From positions 3,482,451-3,546,450 of the forward strand of contig NW_003314263.1 of the NCBI RefSeq assembly GCF_000143415.4: a DNA stretch of 64,000 nucleotides, in the 5' to 3' direction. This stretch comes from Selaginella moellendorffii (Eukaryota > Plantae > Lycopodiophyta). Below, one piece after another: positions 49,002 through 58,715 of the stretch. Each line of letters starts with the position of its first letter. Positions within the stretch are counted from its first letter, which is position 1. Position numbers and translations under genes: made by a program. Below the pieces are notes generated by a model, which had not been told where the DNA came from, did not search any database, and worked only from the letters and a program-made list of their open reading frames with translations.

Positions 49002-49835
49002 CGCCTTGAATTTCCTTTCCCCCTTCCTTGATCCCTGGATCAAATATTTTGCCTGCCGCGCTGCCGATTCCTCCTCCTACCTATCATTCCCAGTCAAGAT
49101 CATGCTATTGCTGCTCAAACCACGAGAGAATCGATGAAAATCGATGCCTGAGCATGCCGCATTCCTCCGAGACCCTGGCGCCGCTATACAAACTACGATC
49201 ACATCACTCGTGCGAGAAACTAGAAAGAATCACCAAAAGGGCGCTATGAATGCCGCGCTTCTCGCTCTCAAGAGCCCTAAATATATAAAGACAATGGGGC
49301 GCTTTCTCTTTTCCCCCTCCTCCTGGGAATCTAAATAATATTCGCAACCAGGCAGGTGGCGCACTCTCTTCCCCGACACGCGCCACGCGTCACCCGCCCG
49401 CGGTACCGCGCGTTACGCGCTCGCATGCCGTTGGATCGGCCCACATCCCACGGTTTCAATCGCTATGTCGGTTAAACGCATCCCTTCATCTTAAAGTCAA
49501 AAAACACTATTTGCCCTACCAACTTTTTAGAAAGTACCATAGCTCTAATGTAGGTGGCAAAAGTGGATGATCTAGGGGCCCAATAGTCGATTTTACTCCT
49601 TGAAACCTTACATTATTTGGAACGCGTCTATTCTCAAACCGTCAATAGCATCAATCAGTCACATTGTGATCCTTTGCAAGTGTCCGGGGTTTTTAAATCT
49701 TTCGCCTCGCAGGTATGAATGGACTCGAAGAAAGAATCTAGTCGATCGAGAGTCACTCGCGTCGCTGTTGGAATCTCCTTCGCGGGGACGTAACATTCTT
49801 TAACGTTTTCTTAACGTTTCCTTTTGTTTTTGTGT

Positions 49836-50084
49836 AAAATCCGAGGATTTCGGAAGAGGCCAAGTTCTATTTGACTAGAATACCAAAGGAGTAGATTGGA
49901 CCACCATAGCCAGTACTTTGGTAAACTCTTAGAAAAGCTTAGAAAATGGATTTTGTTTTGTGCCACAAGAAAATCCGAGGATTTCGGAAGAGGCCAAGTT
50001 CTATTTTACTAGAATACCAAAGGAGTAGATTGGACCACCATAGCCACTACTTTGGTAAACTCTTAGAAAAGCTTAGAAAATGGA
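49836..50084. repeat. Near-perfect direct duplication, about 134-bp period
   Basis: aaaatccgaggatttcggaagaggccaagttc...agaaaagcttagaaaatgga at 49836 and 49970. Confidence 0.9.
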
Positions 50085-50367
50085 TTGGAGTGGTCAGTTT
50101 GGATCGGATCTCTGGATCCATGGCGAGAAGAAACTTCTTCTCTGATAAAAGAAGCTCTATAGATTTCTTGCCGTATCAGCCAATCTCTTATGGATCACTG
50201 GCTTGTGGAGTCTTGGAGATAAGGCGATTGGCTCATCCAACGATTTGATCTAGCACCTCACAAGGAAAATGACTTGCAAAAGAATGGTGGAAAATAGGAA
50301 AATGACTTGCGGGAGAATGGTCGAAAATAGGAAAAGCGTGGCACTGATTGGTGTCACCGGAAGGGAA

Positions 50368-50440
50368 TGGAGATGCCGGGTATCGATCCCGGTGCCTCTC
50401 GCATGCTAAGCGAGCGCTCTACCATCTGAGCTACATCCCC
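50368..50440 (-). tRNA. trnA-AGC: tRNA-Ala (AGC)
   Basis: GGGGATGTAGCTCAGATGGTAGAGCGCTCGCTTAGCATGCGAGAGGCACCGGGATCGATACCCGGCATCTCCA; 73-nt cloverleaf with G3:U70. Confidence 0.97.
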
Positions 50441-50565
50441 ATTGTTATCTTAATCTTCTACACAAAAACTTAAATATTACATCTTTTGGAAGAGATTATT
50501 TCAAGAAAGCTAAACTGAAACGTCGGGCTTGAAAAGATCTAAAAACTAAAAATTTGATGGCTCCC

Positions 50566-51333
50566 TCATGGTTGGGATGGACCTGATTGTAATTAAACAT
50601 ATTAATAAAACAGGAAAAAGAAGGAAAAGATCAAAAGAACTTGGTGAAAAGCTTCACCTGAGGACGTTTTGCGGCACTCGTTAAGCATATCCAGCAGGAA
50701 CTGGCACTTTCCAATATCATTGAGATTAGAATTCACGCACTGCAAAACAAATTAAAAGAAGAACATATATAAGTATTTAGCTCTAAATTATTTATATTAT
50801 AGATACTAGAAAAGAAAATAAAATGGTACCTCTTGGAAGGCTTTGGTTGCGTTCAAGCACAAATCGTCCATGCTCCTCTGCGGAGCCATCGCTGGCTGGG
50901 CTGATGCTACTGTCGTGTGCTCGTGGTGAACCGTGCGAGGTCCTGCAACGGCATCCACTGCTCGGTGCGCCACAGCGCTACCGGTTCCAAATGCCGCTCC
51001 TGCTCAAACTCAAAGAAATCGTTTAGAAAACCACGTAAAATAAAGCCACACTCTTTAGATCTCACACCTTGCGCGATTGTTGCCGCAAGGCCTCCCAGCA
51101 TTGAAGGAGCCGGGGCATGGTAAACTGCACAAGCCCACAAACGAGTTCTTTCAGTCGCGAATCGCGATCATACCGATTGTGTTCTTACCAGATGGCGGAG
51201 GAGCACTGTTGGGACGTTGCACCGCCTTTGGCCTCGGAGGGGCCTTGCCTGTGCATGAAAAGAAAATGCCCAAGTCGATGTCTCGTATACACAACCTGGG
51301 CGATCAAAAGTTACCTCCACCTCGTCGGGGCAT
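50566..51333 (-). CDS. Twin-CX9C mitochondrial intermembrane protein (At12Cys/CHCHD2/Mix17-like), 6 short exons
   Basis: Spliced: MPRRGG|GKAPPRP..|..PSMLGGLAATIAQ|GAAFGTGSAVAHRAVDAVAGPRTV..DDLCLNATKAFQE|CVNSNLNDIGKCQFLLDMLNECRK..|GPSQP*. Confidence 0.9.
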
Positions 51334-51513
51334 TCCTCTGGACGCGCATTCTTTTGCCCTAACTTTGAAGCGTCACAGCGGTGACACGTCACCCTTGTCA
51401 AATAGTAAAGGCACTCAAAGGCTACATTATTATATTAAGCATGGACAAAAACACAGGCAAGAACGAATGTTATCACAACTTAGAAAGAATTATTTGTTGC
51501 GCTGGAAGAGAAC

Positions 51514-52190
51514 TCAGACGATCGGTCTGGCAAGAGCGGTGACATGTAAAACTATGCCATCACGGATCCTAGCACGACGTTCTAGCCAGTTCGACGGCTT
51601 TTCTTCCAGTTTCTGTAGAGAAACTACACAAGTGTAGTGTAGAAGAGCAATGACAAGATTGGGAGTTTTGTGAGAAAAAACAAGATCACTCAAACAATTC
51701 CTATTTATTGTGTGCTTACAATCCAAGAGCTGCTGATACAAATGGTCATCTTCAAGTACCTTTCGTCGCGGCCTGATAGCTCTCCTAGCTGACGAGCGAT
51801 CTTAACATCCTTTATACGTTGCGGACGTTGACTAGGTCTTTGACCGGGTCCTTGACCTTTCGTTGACTGGAAGAGTTAACCGGGCTGTTTGAACCGTCGA
51901 TAGGCGCTGGCGGCGATGATCCAGTTCCAACATGAACCGCGATTTCGTAAGTCAACGTTTGATTATTCAAACGTTGGCGAGCAGGAGGAGATGCTCGCAA
52001 GCAGAAAGTACACGGAGCTCCCTGAGCTGCTGATCTTGTCAAGCCCAGGATTCCCTGTCCCGTGATCACTTTCACGAGGCTTCGTCTAATTCTATGGCAG
52101 CAGCTCATTCGATGCTGGTTTTCTTCTCGGTGCATGTTTCTGCTCCAGTGCTCAATCAAGGCTTTGAAACAGCACCTGCCTGCTTTGTAA
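51514..52190 (-). pseudogene. Decayed gene fragment of unknown family
   Basis: Exon-like frames with TAG/TGA/TAA; the exon-intron-exon unit is homologous to 54170-54430. Confidence 0.35.
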
Positions 52191-52297
52191 CATTACCTGC
52201 AATAGAAGGCTAGCAGATTTCTAATGCTTCGATGTGTAACATCATGGGATAAGAAGTTCTTAAGACTTTCTTTCGTAAATCCAGGGTACATGTGTCA

Positions 52298-53524
52298 TTA
52301 GAAATTCTGGAAGGAAGGCTGGAATGGAAGAATCGCACTTCTCACTGGGTGCCGATAATTGGCATGCCAAGTACCAGAAGCCAGATTTAAGATGCATCCC
52401 CATTTTTCTTGAAAAAGCAGTGCCACCTCGCTACTGTTTTTGTTTCCAACAGCTATCATGGTGGTGTACTCGGAATTTTTTATCATCCCAGGCGAAAAAA
52501 CGCTGTCAAGGCTCAAGGATGCCATCACCTGCCAACTGCAACTCTCCTTGTCCAGATACACAAAACCAAACCTGCGGCTTCCAAGGTTCCTGTTGTCATC
52601 CCTTGGTTCTAGTATGCCAAGCACAATCCTTCCTGCAAATAACTACAATCGTCAGCTTAAAAAGCCACACAAGAATGAAGAATTACCTCCACAAGAGATG
52701 AGAGACATATCCTTTTCTACAAAGCCCGTGCGCGCATAACCAGCCGCATCAAAGCCCAAGGGCAGGCTCGTCCACGTTGCCACGGTTCGAAGGGTGGCTT
52801 TGGGGTTCCACACGTTGAATAATTTGAGCCTTGTCACATTTCCTGGCGAAACGGTGAAGAAGTACAGATGATCGCCCTGGAGCAGCATGTTTTTGTTGTT
52901 GTAGTTCCTATTGCCACGGCAGAAGAGCTCGCCATTGTCTGGCACAGGGAAGTCTGTAGTAGAGATCCACGCTGCCACCCGCGAATCATACAAGTGCATC
53001 CGCAGGTTGCCAGCGGTACCGGAAGTAGTCACGGCAACAACGATGTACGAGATTCCTTCGCTACCGCATGGCACTGATTGAATGGCAGTAAAGATCACAT
53101 TACCGATCAGCCGCGGAAGCAGCTCGTGCCTGTTTTGAATCATTGGATTGAACACTAGAAAGGTTTGAGAGAGAGAGAAGGCCAGTACCAAACCTGCCGA
53201 GCAAGTGCTCAGAGAACCAAATATCCTGCGTACCTTTGGGGCCTCTGGGAGGGGGTGAGTTAACACCTTCCAGGAGATGCCGTTGGGTGAGATGCGAAAC
53301 TCACCCTCGGAGTTGGCAAAGGTGATGTACCATTGCTGCCGCGACTGCTGCTGGAGGATTGCCGCATGCCAATCCTTGGAGAGGGAGCAGAAGCGGCAGA
53401 GGGTGGGGATTGGGAGGTGAGTGATGAGCTGGTGTTGGATGTCTCGAGGCAGCCGCGACCAGATTGAGGGATTCATTCTCTTCCTCCTCGTCTTGGTCAT
53501 GCCATCCCACTTTCTCTTTGCCAT
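52298..53524 (-). CDS. F-box protein (2 exons; intron about 52634-52686)
   Basis: IWSRLPRDIQHQLITHLPIPTLCRFCSLSKDW F-box; SAGLV...VFNP...LP and LYDSR..AW beta-propeller-type motifs. Confidence 0.85.
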
Positions 53525-54801
53525 AGTATGGAACGGCAGCAAAAGAGAACCCTTTTATACACGCTTGCAGGAATATTCTAGTAAAATATTCTTCAACATA
53601 TTAAGTTGGAAACTGTCAAGAACATGAATCTCTGATGGAGTATAAACAATAATTCATCGAAGTCAAGAATCCCTTGTGTCCAAACAGCCTTGGAACTCAA
53701 TGATCAGGCAGTGGCGCAATATCTGCCGTACGAGTCCTCACTGGCCACGAGAGAGTTTCGTTTGTCACACTTCCATGATGGGCGTGATAACAGCTTGCGA
53801 CATGGCTTTCACGGCTGCTATCGATGGAAAACTTTGCTGCTCTTGTCTGCTTCTGCAATAAAGACGATATCTCGATCTTGTGCCTGAAATGCAAATCACT
53901 GGAGCAACATACATTGAGAGTTTACTCGGAGATACAGGAAATAAAAAAACAAAAACAAAAACGTACAAGGGAAGGAAAACTCTCTAATAGCCATGATAAC
54001 AGGAGCTATGGTGGCAACAAGCTTGTGAGACAGAATGTAAAACAAAAAATCGATAGTGAGATTTTTCTTAGAAAGAAACATTGTTTTGGAAGGAAATTTT
54101 ACAGGGCTTGACAAAAGATTATACGACTTGAGCGGCAACATTATCAAATTTGTCGCTCTAGAAGATAGCTCGAACGATCTGACTGGCAAGAGCGGCCAGC
54201 GTGAGCGCCATGCAAAGCTTGATTCCTTGGCGGATCTTAGCTCAAAGTCCTGGCCAATTCAATGGCTTTTCTTTAGAGAAAGTAGAAACCACACAGTGTA
54301 CCTTTGAAAGTTTAGAGAAGATTTGGACGTGATAGGAGCGTTGTGAGAAGAACAAGATCCTTCAAGTTTTCCTCTCCCATTTTTTGTGTGCTTACATCCA
54401 CATTCCAAAAGCTGCTGCATAGTTTGAGAAGTATGATGCAAAAGGTAGCCAGGAAGAATTTACGCAATCACCAAGCTCTCATACTGAGCATCCATGTCGA
54501 TGTCCTCAGCGGTCAAATGAGCTATGCCGTAAGCATCGCATTCTAGCAAACACGATTAACGGCGATCGAAAACCAGCTTAGTGGAATGATTTAAACTTCT
54601 ATGAATGAATGAGCCACAGTGACCACCAACTTCTTCCACGAAGAATTCTCCTCCTCATTGCAAACGGATTGCATAGCCAACGATCCATCTGATCTCAATT
54701 GACCGTACTACAAGTACCTCATAATCCTTTTTAAAACAACATAAAACATAGTTAAATGTTACTTTAATTACGATTAGTGCAATGTTTAGGGTATTTTATT
54801 T

Positions 54802-56214
54802 TTACCCCCCCTCTTCTCCCTCTTTCTTCGCCATTCGATCTCGAAGAGCCTCAATCACTTTCTCTAGAGCCCCTCTCGAGTTCCCCCTGTTCTGGATCAA
54901 CGTCTCCGCGATATCAGCAGGAGTGATCTCAACCTGGGTGATCAGCTCCTCGATCTCTCCAAACTCCTTCTCAAACTCGCCCTTCTGCGAGATCTCAAGG
55001 TGAGTCCATGCCAGCACCTTGAACGCCTCAAATCCACAGTAGCCCATCAAAATGTGAAGGTCCATCCTGCCCGACCGCAGCAGTGCGGGATCCAGATCTT
55101 CCTTGTGATTTGTCGTAAAGATGATGATCCTCTCGCTCCCGCTACAAGACCACAACCCATCGATGAAATTCAGTAGCCCCGAGAGTGTGACCCGGCTGCT
55201 CTCTTCCTCTTTCATACCTTTCTTCCCTGGCAACGCTCCATCTTTCTCCTTGGACTCTTCACTGGTTTCTTCCTCCGGCGCTGGCTTTCCCCTTTTCTTG
55301 AGCTCCAGCGAGCAGTCAATGTCCTCGATCACGATAATCGCCTTGTTGGAAATCCCCATGAGCAGCTTCCTCAAGTCGGCATTGCTCTTCACCTCCGTCA
55401 GCTCCATGTCATAGACATCGTACTGCGTGTAGTTTGCTATGGCAGCGACGAGTGACGACTTCCCAGTCCCCGGAGGCCCGTATAAGAGATACCCTCGCTT
55501 CCAAGCCCTCCCAACTCTCTCAAAGAAATCCTTACCAGCCATGAAGGAATCCAGGTCCTCGACGATCTTGTTCTTGAGCTCGGGATCCAGCGCCAGGCTC
55601 GAGAACGTCGAGGCATGCTTGAAAGGCACCGATCTCCACGGCTGGTTCCTGTAGTCGTCCGATTTTCCTATGTTGGTGTAGAGCTGCCGGTCTTGGTTCT
55701 GGCGCTTCAAGCTCTCTCCGAGCTTGATCACTTCCCTCATGTACTCGGGCAAGAGTGTATACTTGTGCCTCCTGTGAACTTGGACAACGTACTCTCGCTG
55801 TGTTCCTCCACTTCGATCAAAATAGCTGAAGCCTCCGCCGTTGGAGGGCTCGGTGACGTTGAAGACCCAGGAGAATGTGACGCCTTTGAACTTGTCCTCC
55901 ACTCGCTCGCCCCTGGTGAGGTTGCAATTCGGCTTGCTGGCGTTCTTCACTCGCGTGAACTGGATCCTGTTTGCCGAGCTCTTGGTGTTGGTGTCGGTGA
56001 GGTGAGCAACGTAGAGGTCGACCAGGTCGTAGATCTCGTTGGTGTTGTTGCGGACGTACTCTGGGATTGAGAGCTCTGTCTCCCACCATAACCAAGTTAC
56101 AAACCTCTTGAGCGTGAGAAGGAACCAGACGTGGGACGGAACTATCTGGTTGAGGATCATGATGAAGCCCATGAGCGAACCGAGATGGGCGAAGTAGCCC
56201 CCTGCCATTGCCAT
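54802..56214 (-). CDS. BCS1-like plant AAA-ATPase (AAA_assoc N-terminal domain), intronless
   Basis: WKRGYLLYGPPGTGKSS Walker A, IVIEDIDC Walker B, VTLSGLLNFIDGLWS, DPALLRSGRMD. Confidence 0.94.
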   Translation of the reverse strand: MAMAGGYFAHLGSLMGFIMILNQIVPSHVWFLLTLKRFVTWLWWETELSIPEYVRNNTNEIYDLVDLYVAHLTDTNTKSSANRIQFTRVKNASKPNCNLTRGERVEDKFKGVTFSWVFNVTEPSNGGGFSYFDRSGGTQREYVVQVHRRHKYTLLPEYMREVIKLGESLKRQNQDRQLYTNIGKSDDYRNQPWRSVPFKHASTFSSLALDPELKNKIVEDLDSFMAGKDFFERVGRAWKRGYLLYGPPGTGKSSLVAAIANYTQYDVYDMELTEVKSNADLRKLLMGISNKAIIVIEDIDCSLELKKRGKPAPEEETSEESKEKDGALPGKKGMKEEESSRVTLSGLLNFIDGLWSCSGSERIIIFTTNHKEDLDPALLRSGRMDLHILMGYCGFEAFKVLAWTHLEISQKGEFEKEFGEIEELITQVEITPADIAETLIQNRGNSRGALEKVIEALRDRMAKKEGEEGG

Positions 56215-56473
56215 CTTGCTCGTTTGCTGCTGCTGTTGCGAACACTGACCTTGCTGCGTCACTCTTATTGTGGTGTTGGCGTGTAGATGAAGCCACAGCG
56301 AAGCTCCCGGGTATTTTCTTGTAGAGAAATCTTCGTCAATCTCGTGAGTCATGCTCACGATGCGGTCAAAGGACTGTGTCACCGGCGATAACTTTAACAA
56401 TGGAATAAACTTTTACATGTCACCTGTTCAGGGAAGTTCCCGAGCTCGTTCCATCGAATGGGAGTGAAAAGAT

Positions 56474-57047
56474 TCTGGGGAAAAAAAAGGGGTGTCAACC
56501 ATATATATGGTCGTATTTTCATATTTGAGGTTGCTTTTGTGAGTACTGATGTATTTCTGAGTTAGAAAAAAGGTGAAAAATGAAGAAGCTCGCTGAAGAA
56601 GCTTCCTATGAATATTTCGTCTAGAGAGAGAAAAAGTGACGGATTTCAGAAGTGAGAATTTGAAGAAGTGGTTTTCTATGAAGTTGAAGATCTGATCAAG
56701 GACAGTTCTTTGGTGGTGAAATCAAGTCGATCGGAGTTGTGGATGAAAAGTTATTAGCTGGGAAAGTTTCAGCCATTGGTTAGTGTTTAAGTTTTTAGTA
56801 GTTTGAAAATTAGGTACGGCCATTTAGTTATTTTACAGCTCTTGTGTTCTCTCTCGGGTTCTGGAGTTCTCTTTGCTTGAAGATGGTGAGACCTTTTATA
56901 GGCCGTCAAGATCCCATCGCCGTGATCATAGAGGAGTTTCTGCAGATCCAGCGCACTCAGTATGAGTGATTTGTAGTTACTGCTGAAATACAAGCCCTAG
57001 GGGAGTCTTTCCTGTCTTTCTTGGTTGTCGTGTATTTTTTCCCCACA
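56474..57047 (+). repeat. 5' LTR
   Basis: tctggggaaaaaa...ttttttccccaca, a 12/13 terminal inverted repeat; followed by the PBS. Confidence 0.88.
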
Positions 57048-57052
57048 TTTTT

Positions 57053-57070
57053 TGGTGCGTTAGTCGGGAG
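57053..57070 (+). promoter_or_regulatory. Primer binding site, probably tRNA-Gly(UCC)
   Basis: tggtgcgttagtcgggag resembles the complement of tRNA-Gly 3' ends (TGGTGCGT..GCCGGGA). Confidence 0.6.
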
Positions 57071-57377
57071 GGCTTAGTCGCAGTAACTGCGTAGTAAAGG
57101 CCGGTCATCTGCGGGCATCTGCAGTAAGTACCCTTTGCCGCAGTTGGTTCTCGGTCTGGCGGGTAGATCCCCGGACTGGGATAATTTTCTAGATTTTTCT
57201 ACTAGGAGGGCAGAGCAGAATCGAGGCCGTTCTGAACGAGCAGCGAGGAGGCTGTTGCAGAATTCGCCTAAAACCAGCCCTGAAACTAGTTCGAGGACTT
57301 CGGACTCAAGTTTGAATTGGGAGGAGTGGGGGCCATTTGAACCAGCATCGCCCACACCTCAAGCAGTAAATCCTCAA

Positions 57378-58715
57378 ATGGCACAGCCTGCCAACGCGAG
57401 GATGAAGTATCCAACGTTTACACAGACTGACGATCCAGACGCTCACGTAACTGCTTTTGAAAACGTCAGCACAGAAAATCAGGAGCAGGCAGATGCTGTG
57501 AGAGTCCGTCTGTTTCCGGCGACATTGCTGGGAGCGGCAGCAGAATGGTATGGTCAGGCGAATGCAGCAGCAGCCTTTGCAACTTGGGCAGACCTCAAAA
57601 CAACATTTCTTAATGCTTTCCGTCCTATGGGATTCAAGCAGCGTATCAGTGACGAGCTAAATTCAATTCAATTGTTACCTAGAGAGACATTGCAAAATTA
57701 TGTTCTTCGCTACAAGAGGCTGCTCGGGAGGAAAGATCCACAGCCTGCCGCTGACGACCAAGTCCGCTGGTTCTTGAATGGGTTGCCATTTGAAATCGGG
57801 TTCCACGTGAAGGTGCAAAGACCGGCAGATTTGAACGCAGCAGTGGAGCACGCAGCAACATGGGAACAGGCCCGGATGTCGTCACGAAATATTGCAGCTG
57901 TAGCTCCACCAGTAACATATGGTAACTTGTTCTCACCGAATATTGCACAGTACCAGACTGGTGTGCTTGGAGCCGTAGCAGCTCCACCTTTGATTTCGGT
58001 CCAGCCGTCAGTTCTCCAGTTACCTGCAGTAAACACGACTGGATTTGAGAGCCAACTCACGAAAGTGAAAGAAGATGTGGTGGAGACACTTACCAAGAAG
58101 ATGGCAGAACTCCAAGTGAGTTTGGTTCAAGGTTTGGGAGCTCCAACTCGGCCAGTGCATGAGAGAGCTGAGATCTGGTGCATTAAGTGTCAAGGATATG
58201 GCCACTATCCTAGTGAATGTCCGAATCTGGTACCGGCAAAAGCTCCTTGTCCGTATTGTGGGAAGTTCGGCCACAAGCCTGAGAAGTGCTTTTCTCATCC
58301 AGCTTGTGTGACGCCCAAGTTCCAGCAGCAACCTGTAGTCGCAAGCTATTACGTTCAACCACAATTTCACCATCAACAACAATTTCCACAGCAGCAGGTT
58401 CAGCACCAGCAGTATGAGACGTACCCGGTTTTTAACGTAGGAGCTCCAGGGGCTGTGCAGAACTCGGGGCCAATGCTGCAGCAGACTGCCGGTGGAGGCC
58501 GAGGTGGCGGCCGGATGGGAATGTTCGGAGGCAGAGGTGGAGGCCGAGGCCGAGGCCCGATAGTGTGCTACCGGTGTGGGGAACCTGGACATATCGCGCC
58601 AAACTGTCCGAATGCACAGAAGTCTGAAGAGTATCAGCCAATCTGTGGGATATGCCAGAAACAGGGACTTCATCGGCAGGAGGATTGCCCCTACCGCTTG
58701 CAAGTGCCAAATTAG
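57378..58715 (+). CDS. gag: Retrotransposon Gag with multiple zinc knuckles
   Basis: DPDAHV..FE...LFPATL.G.A.EWY...TW.DLK..FL; CCHC knuckles CIKCQGYGHYPSEC, CPYCGKFGHKPEKC, CYRCGEPGHIAPNC, plus CGICQKQGLHRQEDC. Confidence 0.9.
   Translation: MAQPANARMKYPTFTQTDDPDAHVTAFENVSTENQEQADAVRVRLFPATLLGAAAEWYGQANAAAAFATWADLKTTFLNAFRPMGFKQRISDELNSIQLLPRETLQNYVLRYKRLLGRKDPQPAADDQVRWFLNGLPFEIGFHVKVQRPADLNAAVEHAATWEQARMSSRNIAAVAPPVTYGNLFSPNIAQYQTGVLGAVAAPPLISVQPSVLQLPAVNTTGFESQLTKVKEDVVETLTKKMAELQVSLVQGLGAPTRPVHERAEIWCIKCQGYGHYPSECPNLVPAKAPCPYCGKFGHKPEKCFSHPACVTPKFQQQPVVASYYVQPQFHHQQQFPQQQVQHQQYETYPVFNVGAPGAVQNSGPMLQQTAGGGRGGGRMGMFGGRGGGRGRGPIVCYRCGEPGHIAPNCPNAQKSEEYQPICGICQKQGLHRQEDCPYRLQVPN

Noticed and set aside
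47128-49031. Long antisense ORFs over CCX (also over the PPR, AAA-ATPase and pol genes)
   Set aside because: Expected shadows of GC3-rich coding sequence
56787-56993. 68-aa ORF duplicated at 63792..63998
   Set aside because: Simply LTR sequence present twice
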